A DNA stretch of 64,000 nucleotides from Spirochaetia bacterium (GTDB lineage: Bacteria > Spirochaetota > Spirochaetia > SZUA-6 > Bin103). The DNA lies in assembly GCA_965208575.1 (NCBI GenBank), contig CBDBOV010000005.1, forward strand, positions 1,120,001-1,184,000, in the 5' to 3' direction. Below, in pieces: positions 1 to 9,390 of this stretch. How positions within the stretch are numbered: the stretch's first letter is position 1; every line of letters begins with the position of its first letter. The notes under the pieces were generated by a model. It was not told the DNA's origin, made no database searches, and worked only from the letters and a program-made list of their open reading frames with translations. Both the position numbers and the translations under genes were made by a program.

Positions 1-150
1 GCAGGACGCCCGTCGTGCGGTCCTTGCGGCCATCTCCTCATCGCCGCAGAGCATACGGCCCACCCGCACCGGCACACAAGAACCCGGCTCCGCGGCGACG
101 CCCCCCGGCGGCCGATTCACGCGACCGCGGCGGCAGGACGATAATCTCTC

Positions 151-1308
151 ATGATGGGCCAGTGTGAGTCTGTACGGTCGCTCCGTGACAGGGAAGGCGA
201 CGACAACCGATGCCGGGGCATCGCCGGCCGGCCGGCTTGTTCGGCCCGGGGCCGAGCGTTCGCCAATCCGCTCGGGCGGGCTCGCCGCCTGCTCGCGGTC
301 GTCCTGGTGCAGACCGCCATGGTGGGGTGGGGGCCGGCCCTGGCGGTGGCCGATGGGGTCGACCTGCTGCAGCTTGCAGAAGAGTTGGGCGCGGTGCTGG
401 AGTGGAACCCGGTGCGCCAGTTGGGCGTATTGGCCGCCGGCAACCGCAGGGTGGCGCTTCGGGTAGGCACGCCATGGGTACTGGTGGACGGCACCGACCC
501 GCTGTTCGTCGGCGACGTGGTGCGCCGGGCGGGGGCGATCGAAGTTCCTTCCATGGGTGCCGACGAGCTGCGCCGGGTGTTGCGGGAGGGCACCGGAGCG
601 CCGGTGCACCGGATCGGCGCCATCCTGATCGACCCGGGCCACGGCGGCAAGGATCCGGGCGCCGTCGCCAACCACGTCATGGACGGGCGCGAGGTGACGA
701 TGCTGGAAAAGGACATTGTGCTGGAAACCAGCATCGTGCTGCACCGGTTGCTCAGTGAAGGCTTTCCCGACAAGAAGGTGGTGCTCAGCCGCGCCGACGA
801 TCGCTATCTGACCCTGGAACAGCGTACCCTGCTGGCCAACAACCTGCTCGACGAGACCGGCGCGCCGGTGATCTTCATCTCCATACACGCCAACGCTTCG
901 CTGAGCAAGGTGGCGCGCGGCTTCGAGGTGTGGCACCTGCCGGAGGATCACCGCCGCGACGTCCTGCCCGACAGCTCGGCCGCCAAGTCGCGGGAACTCG
1001 CTCCGATTCTCAACTCGGTCCAGGAGGAAGAGTTCACCCGCGATTCGCAGCTCCTCGCGCACACCATCATCGACCACTTCCAGCACCGCGTCGGCGATCG
1101 CAGCATCAACCGCGGCGTCCACGAGGAGTCGTGGTTCGTGGTGCGCAACGCCAAGATGCCGGCCGTGCTGGTCGAACTGGGTTTCGCGACCAACAAGCGG
1201 GAGGCCGCGCTGCTGGCGGACCCGGGATACTTGCGGACCCTGGCGGAAGCCATCTACAGTGCGGTGGCGGCGTTCGTTGCCACCTATGAGGAGAGCGAAT
1301 CCAGATGA
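151..1308 (+). CDS. N-acetylmuramoyl-L-alanine amidase (Amidase_3 family)
   Basis: Motifs IDPGHGGKDPGA, EKDIVL, FISIHANAS and PAVLVELGF; signal-like segment; exact start uncertain. Confidence 0.93.
   Translation: MMGQCESVRSLRDREGDDNRCRGIAGRPACSARGRAFANPLGRARRLLAVVLVQTAMVGWGPALAVADGVDLLQLAEELGAVLEWNPVRQLGVLAAGNRRVALRVGTPWVLVDGTDPLFVGDVVRRAGAIEVPSMGADELRRVLREGTGAPVHRIGAILIDPGHGGKDPGAVANHVMDGREVTMLEKDIVLETSIVLHRLLSEGFPDKKVVLSRADDRYLTLEQRTLLANNLLDETGAPVIFISIHANASLSKVARGFEVWHLPEDHRRDVLPDSSAAKSRELAPILNSVQEEEFTRDSQLLAHTIIDHFQHRVGDRSINRGVHEESWFVVRNAKMPAVLVELGFATNKREAALLADPGYLRTLAEAIYSAVAAFVATYEESESR
166..283 (+). repeat. Dispersed ~115-bp repeat, copy A
   Basis: Aligns by eye with 2200-2316(-), 36521-36651(-) and 57318-57422(+); palindrome CGATGCC-gg-GGCATCG at 208-223. 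Confidence 0.75.
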
Positions 1309-1915
1309 ACCGGCCCGGTCGCTGCGCGCCCGAGCGGAGGCCGAGGCGCCGCAGCCGGACGGTACCCGCGCGGCGCGTCGGCGAGGGGGCGGGGAACACT
1401 GGAACCTGGTGACCGCGGTCGCCGCGGTGGCATGGCTGCTCGTGCTCGGATACAGCGCGCTGATGCAGCAGGACGCGGCCAGCGGGCGCGTGCGGCGGGT
1501 GCTGTTCTTCCCCGAGCTGCCGTACCACGGTGCGGCGCACGGCGAGCAGCGCGAGGCTCGCGTGCTGCACCGGGAAGTGCGCTACGTCCCCTACCGGTCG
1601 CACGCGGAACCCGCGCTGCGTTTGCTGGTGGAGGAGACCATTCTCGGACCGGCGGATCATCGCACGTACCATCTCCTGCCCGCCGGCGTACGCGTCATTT
1701 CCACCCACGTCGCCGACGGCGTGGCGTACGTCAATCTGACCCATCACGCCTTGCTCGGCGCCACGGCGGTGCCGAGTACGGGCGCCGAGCGGATCGGCAC
1801 GCTGACCGAGATCATTCTTTACAATTTTCCGCGCCTGCAGGCGGTTCGTATCCTGGTGGACGGCCAGGAACCCCGCCTCGCTCCGGCGCCGACGGAAGGA
1901 GCAGACGATGGCTGA
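1286..1915 (+). CDS. GerMN domain membrane protein
   Basis: N-terminal TM segment; LLVEETILGP, GVAYVNL and VRILVDG; follows the amidase as in spirochaetes. Confidence 0.75.
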   Translation: MRRANPDEPARSLRARAEAEAPQPDGTRAARRRGGGEHWNLVTAVAAVAWLLVLGYSALMQQDAASGRVRRVLFFPELPYHGAAHGEQREARVLHREVRYVPYRSHAEPALRLLVEETILGPADHRTYHLLPAGVRVISTHVADGVAYVNLTHHALLGATAVPSTGAERIGTLTEIILYNFPRLQAVRILVDGQEPRLAPAPTEGADDG

Positions 1916-2201
1916 ACCCCTGAACGAACGACAGGTACGCGACGCGCTCGCGGAGTTGCCCGGCTGGGCGCATGCCGGCGATGCGATCACCAAGACTTAC
2001 ACGTTCGCCCATTTCCGCGAAGCGGTCTCGTTCATGGTGAGAATCGCGTTTTCCGCGGAGGCGGCGAATCATCACCCCGAGTTGTGGAACGTCTACAACC
2101 GGGTGCGCGTCACGCTGGCGACGCATGACGCCGGCAACCGGGTGACCGCCAAGGATATCGCGCTGGCAGGCGAGATCGAGCAGGTGTCCTGGGTCGAATA
2201 A
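1908..2201 (+). CDS. phhB: Pterin-4-alpha-carbinolamine dehydratase
   Basis: NHHPEL..YNRV.V.L.THDAG..VT.KD motif. Confidence 0.95.
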   Translation: MAEPLNERQVRDALAELPGWAHAGDAITKTYTFAHFREAVSFMVRIAFSAEAANHHPELWNVYNRVRVTLATHDAGNRVTAKDIALAGEIEQVSWVE

Positions 2202-2316
2202 CCCGCCCGGCCCGCCGCCGGCGGCTGCCGGTTTCCTGGTCCGAAGGGGCAGGCCCGCAGGCGATGCCTGGGCATCGGTTTACCGTCTTCCATGTTCCGG
2301 AGTGACGGTACAGAAC
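2200..2316 (-). repeat. Dispersed ~115-bp repeat, copy B
   Basis: Fills the gap between convergent genes; palindrome CGATGCC-tg-GGCATCG at 2262-2277. Confidence 0.75.
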
Positions 2317-3405
2317 CTACAACAGGTCGGGGCGCCGCTTGCCGATCTCCTGCACCGCGTCGCGCACCAGTTGGGTGCGGCCCTTGCGGGTCACCAGTAC
2401 GGCGCCGTTCTTCACCACCACGATGAGATCGTCGACGCCGGCCAATGCCACCGGAAGATCGCTGTACACGGCGTTGCCGCGCGCCTCGGCGGCCGCCACC
2501 GGCTCGTCGCCGTCCGCGATGCGCGCCAATTCGTCCCAGCTTCCGACGTCGCTCCAGCGAAACGAGGCCGGCACCGCCGCCACCCGGTCGCTGCGTTCCA
2601 TCAGGGCATAGTCTATGGAGATGGCAGGGACCCCGTCGTAGGCGGCGCGCAACTCCGGCGTGGGTGGTGCGACCAGCGGACCGCCGCCGTCGGCGGCGGA
2701 TGGCGCCGCGTGGAATGCCTCGACGTCGAGCAGCGCCGCAACCTCCGGGGCGTGCCGGCGCATCTCGGAGGCGAACAGCGTGAGGGGGAACAGGAACATG
2801 CCGGCGTTCCACAGGAATCCGCCGGCCGCGAGGAAGCGCTCGGCGCTGGCGCGGTCCGGCTTCTCCCGGAACGCGGCCACCCGATAGCCGCCGCCGAGCC
2901 GTCCGCCCAGTTCCAGGTAGCCGTAGCCGGTCTCCGGCCGCGTCGGCCGGATGCCGAACGTGGTCAGCCAGCCGTGCCGCGCCAGATCCCGCGCCGTGCG
3001 CACGTCGGCGGCGAAGGCGGCCTGCGGCTCGATGGCGTGGTCCGAGGACAGCACCAGCAGCGCTGCCTCGCCCGGGCCGCCGGCGCCGATCCGGCCCGCC
3101 AGAGCGGCACCGAGGGCGACCGCCGGTGCGGTGTTGCGCGCCGCCGGCTCGCCGACGACGTAGCAGGGCGCCGCCGCCGGCGCAGCGTCCAGGGCGGCGG
3201 TCTGTGCCGCCACCATGTCCACCTGGTCCTCGGCAGTCACCACCATTACCGCCTCGGACGACACCGTCCGCGCGCGCAGCAGCGCCTGCTGCAGGTAGCT
3301 CGGCCCGCCGTCGAAGCTCAGGTACTGCTTGGGCGCGGCGGCACGAGAGGCGGGCCACAGGCGCGTGCCGCTGCCGCCGGCCAGAATCAGGGTAATCAGG
3401 CTCAT
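2317..3405 (-). CDS. manC: Mannose-1-phosphate guanylyltransferase
   Basis: ILAGGSGTRLWPASR..PKQ, EP.ARNTAPA, PETGYGY, FREKP, WNAGMF and WSDVGSW. Confidence 0.95.
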   Translation of the reverse strand: MSLITLILAGGSGTRLWPASRAAAPKQYLSFDGGPSYLQQALLRARTVSSEAVMVVTAEDQVDMVAAQTAALDAAPAAAPCYVVGEPAARNTAPAVALGAALAGRIGAGGPGEAALLVLSSDHAIEPQAAFAADVRTARDLARHGWLTTFGIRPTRPETGYGYLELGGRLGGGYRVAAFREKPDRASAERFLAAGGFLWNAGMFLFPLTLFASEMRRHAPEVAALLDVEAFHAAPSAADGGGPLVAPPTPELRAAYDGVPAISIDYALMERSDRVAAVPASFRWSDVGSWDELARIADGDEPVAAAEARGNAVYSDLPVALAGVDDLIVVVKNGAVLVTRKGRTQLVRDAVQEIGKRRPDLL

Positions 3406-3544
3406 GGTGGCGTTCAGGGGGGCACCAGGCGGCCGGAGAGGGGCGCCGGCCGCGGCCATGGCGCCGGCGCCAAAGTGATCAGGCTCATCGCGGCGCCGGG
3501 CAGGTGCGCGAGGCGGGCAGATGGGTATTGGCGCGACAGCTCAT

Positions 3545-4257
3545 TCAGGGCAGTACCAGGCGGTCGGCGAGCGGCGCCAGCCGCCGGCGCAGCTCCGGCG
3601 ACAAGGTAGCGGCGATTTCGTATTGGGTGGCGCCTCCCGCGCGGGTGTACCCGAGGTGCAGCATGCGCCGCGGGCCGGAGCTGTAGTTGGCGCGCGCACC
3701 GTGCCAGGTGTCGCCGTGCAGCAGGATCGCCGACCCGGCCGGGCAGGTGGCCAGCACCTCTCCCGGCACCGCTGCGAATGGATCGTCCACCTCGGTGGCC
3801 GGAAACGGGCGCCGGTGAGAACCGGGCACGAGGCGCGTGGTGCCATTCTCGGGGTGATGTCGTCCAGGGCCAACAGCACGTTGAAGTAGGCGGGAGTGTC
3901 GCGCCAGCTTTGCCGGTCGGCGTGTATCGCCTGGTGCGGATGGTGGTGGCCGGGCCACGGATCGTGGGCGTTCATGGCGTGCCAGGTTACCGGGCGGCCA
4001 ATCATCAACTCGGCGAATTCCAGCACCAGGGGATCGGTGGCCAGCTCGACGAACACCTCGCCCTTGCTGAACAGGTTGCACAGCCGGCGCACGAACGGTG
4101 CCACCGCGGGCTGCTCCCAGCCGGCGCGCGCGCCCTCGCGCGCGTACAGGTGTTCGACCGCGTCGACCAGCGCCGCGACCCGCGCTGCCGGCAGGTAGCG
4201 CTCGACGATCACGTATCCGTCGCGCCGGAACGCGGCGCGCAGTTCGTCGTTGCTCAC
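3545..4257 (-). pseudogene. Phytanoyl-CoA dioxygenase (PhyH) family gene with a 1-nt frameshift near 3852
   Basis: N-half (F.RDGYVI, HAD, LALDDIT) and C-half (PENGTTRLVPGSH, HGDTWHG..AN...RR) are in different frames, joined at a CCCC run; pseudogene or sequencing error. Confidence 0.8.
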
Positions 4258-4355
4258 CCCGCCATCGTAAGCACTGCGGCGGAACGGTCAAGAGCACCGG
4301 CCGCGAACCATGGCGAACTGACCGCGAGCTTCCGGCGTGCGCAGCCGGGCGGCAC

Positions 4356-4838
4356 TCAATAGCTGCGGGCGTCGATCCGTTCGTCGCCGGCGCCCTCCAC
4401 GGCCACGAACACGCGATTGGGCAGGCACGCGATCCACTGGCCGGGCCGCGACACGGTGCCGCTCTTGACGCAGATCTGGTTGGCGCACGGGGCGGACTCC
4501 ACGAATACCTCGCCGCCGCGCACCACGATGCGACTGCTGCCGAGGGGGCCGGTCGCCTCCAGCACCTGGTCCTCCTCGGGGCGCAGCAGCCAGGTGGCGT
4601 TGGGAGCGGTCACGCGGATCATCGCTCTCCCGCCGCGCGAGCCGAGCACCCAGCGCGTTATGGCGCCCGCAACCCCCAGCGAGCACAGCAGTGCGGCGAC
4701 GTCCAGCAGGCGCAGCGGCAGCCAGCGAAGGAAGCGGCGCCGGCCGGGATCGGCCGGCCGGCCGCCGCGGACGGAGTCAGGTTGCTCGCGCACCCAGCGG
4801 CCCGGTTGTTGACGGGCGTCGGCGCAGGACGTATGCAT
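4356..4838 (-). CDS. NusG domain II-like (Lin0431-type) membrane protein
   Basis: TM segment, then GPLG, SAPCANQICVKSG and IACLPNRV; start uncertain. Confidence 0.85.
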   Translation of the reverse strand: MHTSCADARQQPGRWVREQPDSVRGGRPADPGRRRFLRWLPLRLLDVAALLCSLGVAGAITRWVLGSRGGRAMIRVTAPNATWLLRPEEDQVLEATGPLGSSRIVVRGGEVFVESAPCANQICVKSGTVSRPGQWIACLPNRVFVAVEGAGDERIDARSY

Positions 4839-4843
4839 GCCGT

Positions 4844-5332
4844 GTGAGCGTATACACCCCCATCGTCGGCACGCTCGGCTACGTGGTCTCTCCCGACCGC
4901 CAGCGCACGCTGCTGGTGTACCGCAACGCCCGCCCCGACGATGACCACCTCGGCAAGTACAACGGCCTCGGCGGCAAGATGGAGCCGCGGGAAGACATTG
5001 CCACCTGCATGCGGCGCGAGATACGGGAGGAAGCGGGCATCGAGTGTCGTGAGATGTCGTTGCGCGGCACCATCAACTGGACCGGCTTCGGACCGCGCGG
5101 CGAGGACTGGCTCGGATTCATCTTCCGCATCGACCGCTTCGACGGTGAGCCGTACGCCAGCAACCCGGAGGGTGTGCTGGAGTGGCATCCGATTGCCGGC
5201 CTCCTGTCGCTGCCGCTGTGGGACGGCGACCGCCACTTCCTGGCGATGGTGTTCGACGAGGATCCGCGCCCCTTCCACGGCTACATGCCCTACGAAAACG
5301 ACCGCGCGCTCGAGTGGCGGTACGTGCGCTGA
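4844..5332 (+). CDS. NUDIX hydrolase (8-oxo-dGTPase-like)
   Basis: Nudix box GGKMEPRE....MRREIREEAG; LPLWDGD. Confidence 0.92.
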   Translation: MSVYTPIVGTLGYVVSPDRQRTLLVYRNARPDDDHLGKYNGLGGKMEPREDIATCMRREIREEAGIECREMSLRGTINWTGFGPRGEDWLGFIFRIDRFDGEPYASNPEGVLEWHPIAGLLSLPLWDGDRHFLAMVFDEDPRPFHGYMPYENDRALEWRYVR

Positions 5333-5380
5333 GGAAACGTGCGTCGAGGGAGCGCGCGCCGAGGGGGCGGCCGGCGCGCT

Positions 5381-6379
5381 TCATGACGCGGCCGCGCGGC
5401 CCCGGTCCGCGCTGACCGCCTGAATCAGCGCGCGAATGTAGCCGAGGATATACGCTTCGCCCGCGTCGCCGGTCCCGTCGCCGAGTTGCGGCACGTGGTC
5501 GGGCACCACCATGCCGTCGTAGCCGACCTCCGCAAGCGCGGTCATGATCCGGTACATGTCCAGGTAGCCGTTGTCGGGGAAGGTTTCGTGGAAGTCGGGC
5601 ATCGGCGAACTGATGTTGCGGAAGTGCACCTGGAAGATGTGGCCGCGGCTGCCGAACTCGTAGATCGCTCCGGCCACGTCTTCGCCGCTGCCCTCGGGGC
5701 CGAACATCTCGGCAAAGCAGCCGACGCAGAACAGGATGCCGGAGTGCGGGCTGTGGCCGGCAATCTCCATGGCGCGGCGGAACGCCAGCCGGCTGCTGAA
5801 CAGCCGCGGTACGCCCTGGTGGTCCACCGGCGGGTCGTTGGGATGCAGTTGCAGGCGCACGCCGCTGTCCTCCGCCACCGGCAGGATCTCGCGGATGAAC
5901 GCGGCGTAGTTGTCCCACAGTTCGTCGTGCGAGTAGCGCCGCCCGTAGGCGTCGGGCAGCGCCTGCGCCTCGGCGAGCTGGAACAGGCGCGTGCTGCAGC
6001 CGCGCGTCTCGGTGCGGCCGGTGGCGTAGGCGCCGCCGGTGTGCCAGGCGTAGGTCATGACGCCGACGCCGGCGCGCCCGATGTCGCGGATGAAGCGCTT
6101 GAACAGGCCGATCTCGGCACCGCTCTCGGGCAGGCCGAGGGCGATGGGGCGGCAACTGTAGCGGTCGGCGAGCATGATCTCGTGCAGCCCCAGGCCGGCG
6201 CTCTCTACCGTGTCGCGCACCCGGCAGATGTCGTCGTAGCCGCACTCGCTGCTCGGGATGCGCACCTCGACCTTCTCCACTCCCATCTGGCGCAGGAAAC
6301 GCAGGCGCGACGGGGTCAGTGTCTCCGGCGTCTGGTGGCTGACGCCGAGTTGCAGGGCAGGGGAACTCATCGCCGCCAT
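5381..6379 (-). CDS. uxuA: Mannonate dehydratase family protein
   Basis: LPVAE..GV.L.LHPNDPP, VHFRN, ETFPDNG and PDHVP. Confidence 0.85.
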   Translation of the reverse strand: MAAMSSPALQLGVSHQTPETLTPSRLRFLRQMGVEKVEVRIPSSECGYDDICRVRDTVESAGLGLHEIMLADRYSCRPIALGLPESGAEIGLFKRFIRDIGRAGVGVMTYAWHTGGAYATGRTETRGCSTRLFQLAEAQALPDAYGRRYSHDELWDNYAAFIREILPVAEDSGVRLQLHPNDPPVDHQGVPRLFSSRLAFRRAMEIAGHSPHSGILFCVGCFAEMFGPEGSGEDVAGAIYEFGSRGHIFQVHFRNISSPMPDFHETFPDNGYLDMYRIMTALAEVGYDGMVVPDHVPQLGDGTGDAGEAYILGYIRALIQAVSADRGRAAAS

Positions 6380-6380
6380 C

Positions 6381-7187
6381 CTACCACTCCGGCACCGGCG
6401 GTGCCCATGCGCCGATCGCCATCACGCCGCCGTCCACGTTCACGTACTCGCCGGTCATGAAACCGGCGTGCTCGCTGGCCAGGAACACCATCGCCTTGCC
6501 GATCTCCTCCGGACGCCCGAGGCGGCCGAGCGGCTGGTTGCGCGCGAACATCGCCAGCGCCGCGGCCGGATCGTCGGTGGCGGCCGCCGCCTCCTGCACC
6601 AGCGGCGTGTCGATGGTGCCGGGGTTGACCGCCAGCACGCGGATGCCTTCCTTGGCGTAGTCGATCGCCATCTGGCGGGTCAGTGACATGATGCCGCCCT
6701 TGCTGGCCGCGTACGCCGGAACCTCGGGCATCGACTGCAGGCCCTGCACGCTGGCCACGTTGATCACCGCGCCGCCGCCGCGCTTGCGTATTTCCGGGAT
6801 ACAGTACTTGGCCATCAGGAAGTGGCTCTTGAGGTTCACCGCCAGGATGCGGTCCCACAGCTCCTCGGTGGTATCCTCGACGGTGCGGTAGGAGTCGGTG
6901 CTCTGGATGCCGACGTTGTTGATCAGCACGTCGATCGCGCCGAAGTGTGCCGCCGTCTCGGCCGCCGCCCGCCGGCACTCCGCCGTGATGCCGAGATCGG
7001 CGCCGATGAACACCGCTCCCGGGCCGCGCGCCGCCGCCTCCCGGGCGGTCGCCGCGCCGTGCTGCGCGTCCACGTCCACCACCGCCACGCGCGCCCCACT
7101 GGCCGCGAACTCCAGCGCGATGCCGCGCCCGATGCCCTGCGCGGCGCCGGTCACCAGCACCACCCTGCCGCCGTAGTCGATCGTCAT
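6381..7187 (-). CDS. SDR family oxidoreductase
   Basis: TGAAQGIG, NNVG, YAASKGG and NPGTIDT. Confidence 0.95.
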   Translation of the reverse strand: MTIDYGGRVVLVTGAAQGIGRGIALEFAASGARVAVVDVDAQHGAATAREAAARGPGAVFIGADLGITAECRRAAAETAAHFGAIDVLINNVGIQSTDSYRTVEDTTEELWDRILAVNLKSHFLMAKYCIPEIRKRGGGAVINVASVQGLQSMPEVPAYAASKGGIMSLTRQMAIDYAKEGIRVLAVNPGTIDTPLVQEAAAATDDPAAALAMFARNQPLGRLGRPEEIGKAMVFLASEHAGFMTGEYVNVDGGVMAIGAWAPPVPEW

Positions 7188-7242
7188 GCTGCCTCCTCGG
7201 CGCCCATGATACCCGCTGCGCGGGTCCGTGCGCATGGCTGAC

Positions 7243-7272
7243 CGCCCAACGCCCAACGCCCAACGCCCAACG
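7243..7272. repeat. 7-bp tandem repeat (CGCCCAA)x4
   Basis: Read directly; intergenic, upstream of the SDR gene. Confidence 0.9.
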
Positions 7273-7287
7273 GGCCAAGGCGAGCGT

Positions 7288-8370
7288 TCAACTCCAGCGC
7301 GGTTTGAGCACGTGGTAGCCCTGGTGCGCACTGAGCTTGCGCGCGATCTCGGCGACCTGCGCATTGGGGTCGTACAGCGCCAGCTCGAACAGTCGGCGGT
7401 GCTGCCGCGGGTCGAACCGGGCCAGCTCGCGCGCCGCGGCGAGCCGAACCACGTCGTCGGGATCTCGCAGGCCGCGCATGCACCACTCCGCGCCATCCCC
7501 GCCGCCGAGATGCGACAGTCCGGCGACGGCGGCGGCACGTAGCCCCTTGTGACTACACCGCGCATACGGCACGAGCAGGTGCGCATCGCCATCGTCGGTG
7601 CGCGCGATCAGCTCCAGGGCAGTGCGGCGCACGTTGTGGTCGTCGTCGCCGAGCATCAGCGCGCACCAGTCGACCAGGTCGGGGTCGCCGGCGCGGTTCA
7701 GGCGGCGCAGGCCGCGCAGCCGGCGCCGGGCGCTGCCCGATGCGAGTGCCTCCTCCACCTCGTCGGTGACCTCCTCGCTGCCCGCCGATTGCTCCAGGTC
7801 GGGGAGCACGGTCAGTTCGGCGGCGTGCCGGTGGACCCGCAGGGTCGCAGGATCTATCGACAGGTTCCGGAACCACTCCGGCAGCCAGCCGGCGGCGCGC
7901 TCCAGGATTTCGGCGTCGCGCAGGCGCGAGCGCGGCTGTGACATGCGCCGGTTCCGGATCCAGCGCGCCAGCCGTACCAGGCCCGGGTCGCCGCGGCCGA
8001 TGCCGCGATACGGCTTGAGCCCAAGCACGTTGTTCAGCCATGCCGCCAGCTCCGGCTCCGAGGAGGGCGGGTCCCACACCCCGGGTGCGTTGCGCAGCAC
8101 AGTGACCGGCAGGCTGCCGTTGATCGAGACGATGCCCGCGCGGTACACCACCCGTCCGGTGCCAAGCTTGCGGCGCAGCGCCGCCAAGTCGAGCTCGCAC
8201 TGCAGCACCACCGGGCGGCTGCCGCTGCGCCGCGCCTTCACCTTGGCGCGGCGCAGCGCGTAGCCCTTGCTCTGCGCGAACCACACGCGCCGCGACGGCT
8301 TGCGCGGCGCGAACCCCTCCAGGGCGATCTGCTCGGCGCTGCGCCGCGTGGTGCCGTGGTACAGCAGCAT
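7288..8370 (-). CDS. ART/KptA-like N-terminal domain fused to HEAT repeats
   Basis: LYHGT....I..EGF.P....VWFA.....A...RPVVL; C-terminal L.D.D..VR..A repeats. Confidence 0.75.
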   Translation of the reverse strand: MLLYHGTTRRSAEQIALEGFAPRKPSRRVWFAQSKGYALRRAKVKARRSGSRPVVLQCELDLAALRRKLGTGRVVYRAGIVSINGSLPVTVLRNAPGVWDPPSSEPELAAWLNNVLGLKPYRGIGRGDPGLVRLARWIRNRRMSQPRSRLRDAEILERAAGWLPEWFRNLSIDPATLRVHRHAAELTVLPDLEQSAGSEEVTDEVEEALASGSARRRLRGLRRLNRAGDPDLVDWCALMLGDDDHNVRRTALELIARTDDGDAHLLVPYARCSHKGLRAAAVAGLSHLGGGDGAEWCMRGLRDPDDVVRLAAARELARFDPRQHRRLFELALYDPNAQVAEIARKLSAHQGYHVLKPRWS

Positions 8371-8374
8371 GCGG

Positions 8375-8953
8375 CTACCCGCCGCGCTCCCAGCGGTAGT
8401 GGTACGAAACCGGCGGCGTGTGCTTGTCGAACCACTGCCGCCCGGCGTGGTCCAGCTTCCGGTATGCCTGCGCGGTCAGCACCACGCCGCGTCCGCCGAG
8501 CCGTGCGGCCACGTTCACCGCCTTGCCGATCACGTCGTAGCGGCGCAGCCCCGGCGGCCCGAACTCGCCGCTCACCACGGCGCCGAAGTGCACCTGCGCG
8601 CTCAAATGGGCGTCGAATCGGTGCTCGCGGGCCAGCCGGCGCACCGCTCCGGCGAACTCGCACAGCGCCTGCACCCCGTCGGCCATCCCGGCCGCAGGGA
8701 TCACGCACAGGCCCTCGGCGCCGTTCAGCTTCACCAGCCGCGCGCCGGCTCCGGCAATCGTGCTGCCGGCCAATTCGTAGTAGGACTGCAGAAACCGGGC
8801 GACGCGCCGGTCCTCGCTGGCCGAGTGCCACTCGCGAAGCCGGCCGAGGCCGAAAAAGGCGACCCCCAGTTCCTCGTTCTGCCACGGAACCGGAGGCGTG
8901 CTCACAGACGTGGATTGGACATCGCCAACCCCGCCGGCGGGTAGATCTGACAT
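8375..8953 (-). CDS. Class III adenylate/guanylate cyclase-like protein, metal-binding Asp residues absent
   Basis: VHFG.V..G.FG....YDVIGKAVNVAARL; RBS AGGAG upstream. Confidence 0.8.
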   Translation of the reverse strand: MSDLPAGGVGDVQSTSVSTPPVPWQNEELGVAFFGLGRLREWHSASEDRRVARFLQSYYELAGSTIAGAGARLVKLNGAEGLCVIPAAGMADGVQALCEFAGAVRRLAREHRFDAHLSAQVHFGAVVSGEFGPPGLRRYDVIGKAVNVAARLGGRGVVLTAQAYRKLDHAGRQWFDKHTPPVSYHYRWERGG

Positions 8954-9060
8954 GGTGCGCTCCTGATAAGGCGTATACTGACGACGAATCTGGGCAACCA
9001 TCGGCCGCCCACCCGCGCCATCCTCAATCTACCATCGCTCAAGGCGGAGCTGCAATGCCT

Positions 9061-9390
9061 TCATGTGCCGATGCGGGAGCGCTCGGCGTCGATGAATTCA
9101 CGCGGCGACACGACACGCACGCCGGCTCGGCGGTCAGGTGGGAAGTGATCGCCGTTCCCGGATACCAGGTACTCCGCCCGCGCCGCGACCGCCACTTCGA
9201 GAAACGGCTCGTCATCGGGATCCGGAAGGCGCACCGTCAATGGGACCGGTGAGGCCAGCACGCCTCCCGCTTCGATCTGGGCCGTCAGCGCACTGATCTC
9301 GTCCCGGCTGAACGGGAAAGCCTCCCGGTTGAGCACCTCGGTGTATTCGGCAACGATCCTGGCGTCATAGCAAATATTCAGCCGGCCTGT
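9061..9390 (-). pseudogene. PIN-domain toxin, 5'-truncated
   Basis: YDARIVAEY.EVL.R and LPDPDDEPFLEVA.....LVSGN..HF present; N-terminal DTNV motif missing. Confidence 0.75.

Noticed and set aside
7243-7272. CGCCCAA x4 as a phase-variation switch
   Set aside because: Intergenic, short, and not within a recognisable promoter; kept only as a feature
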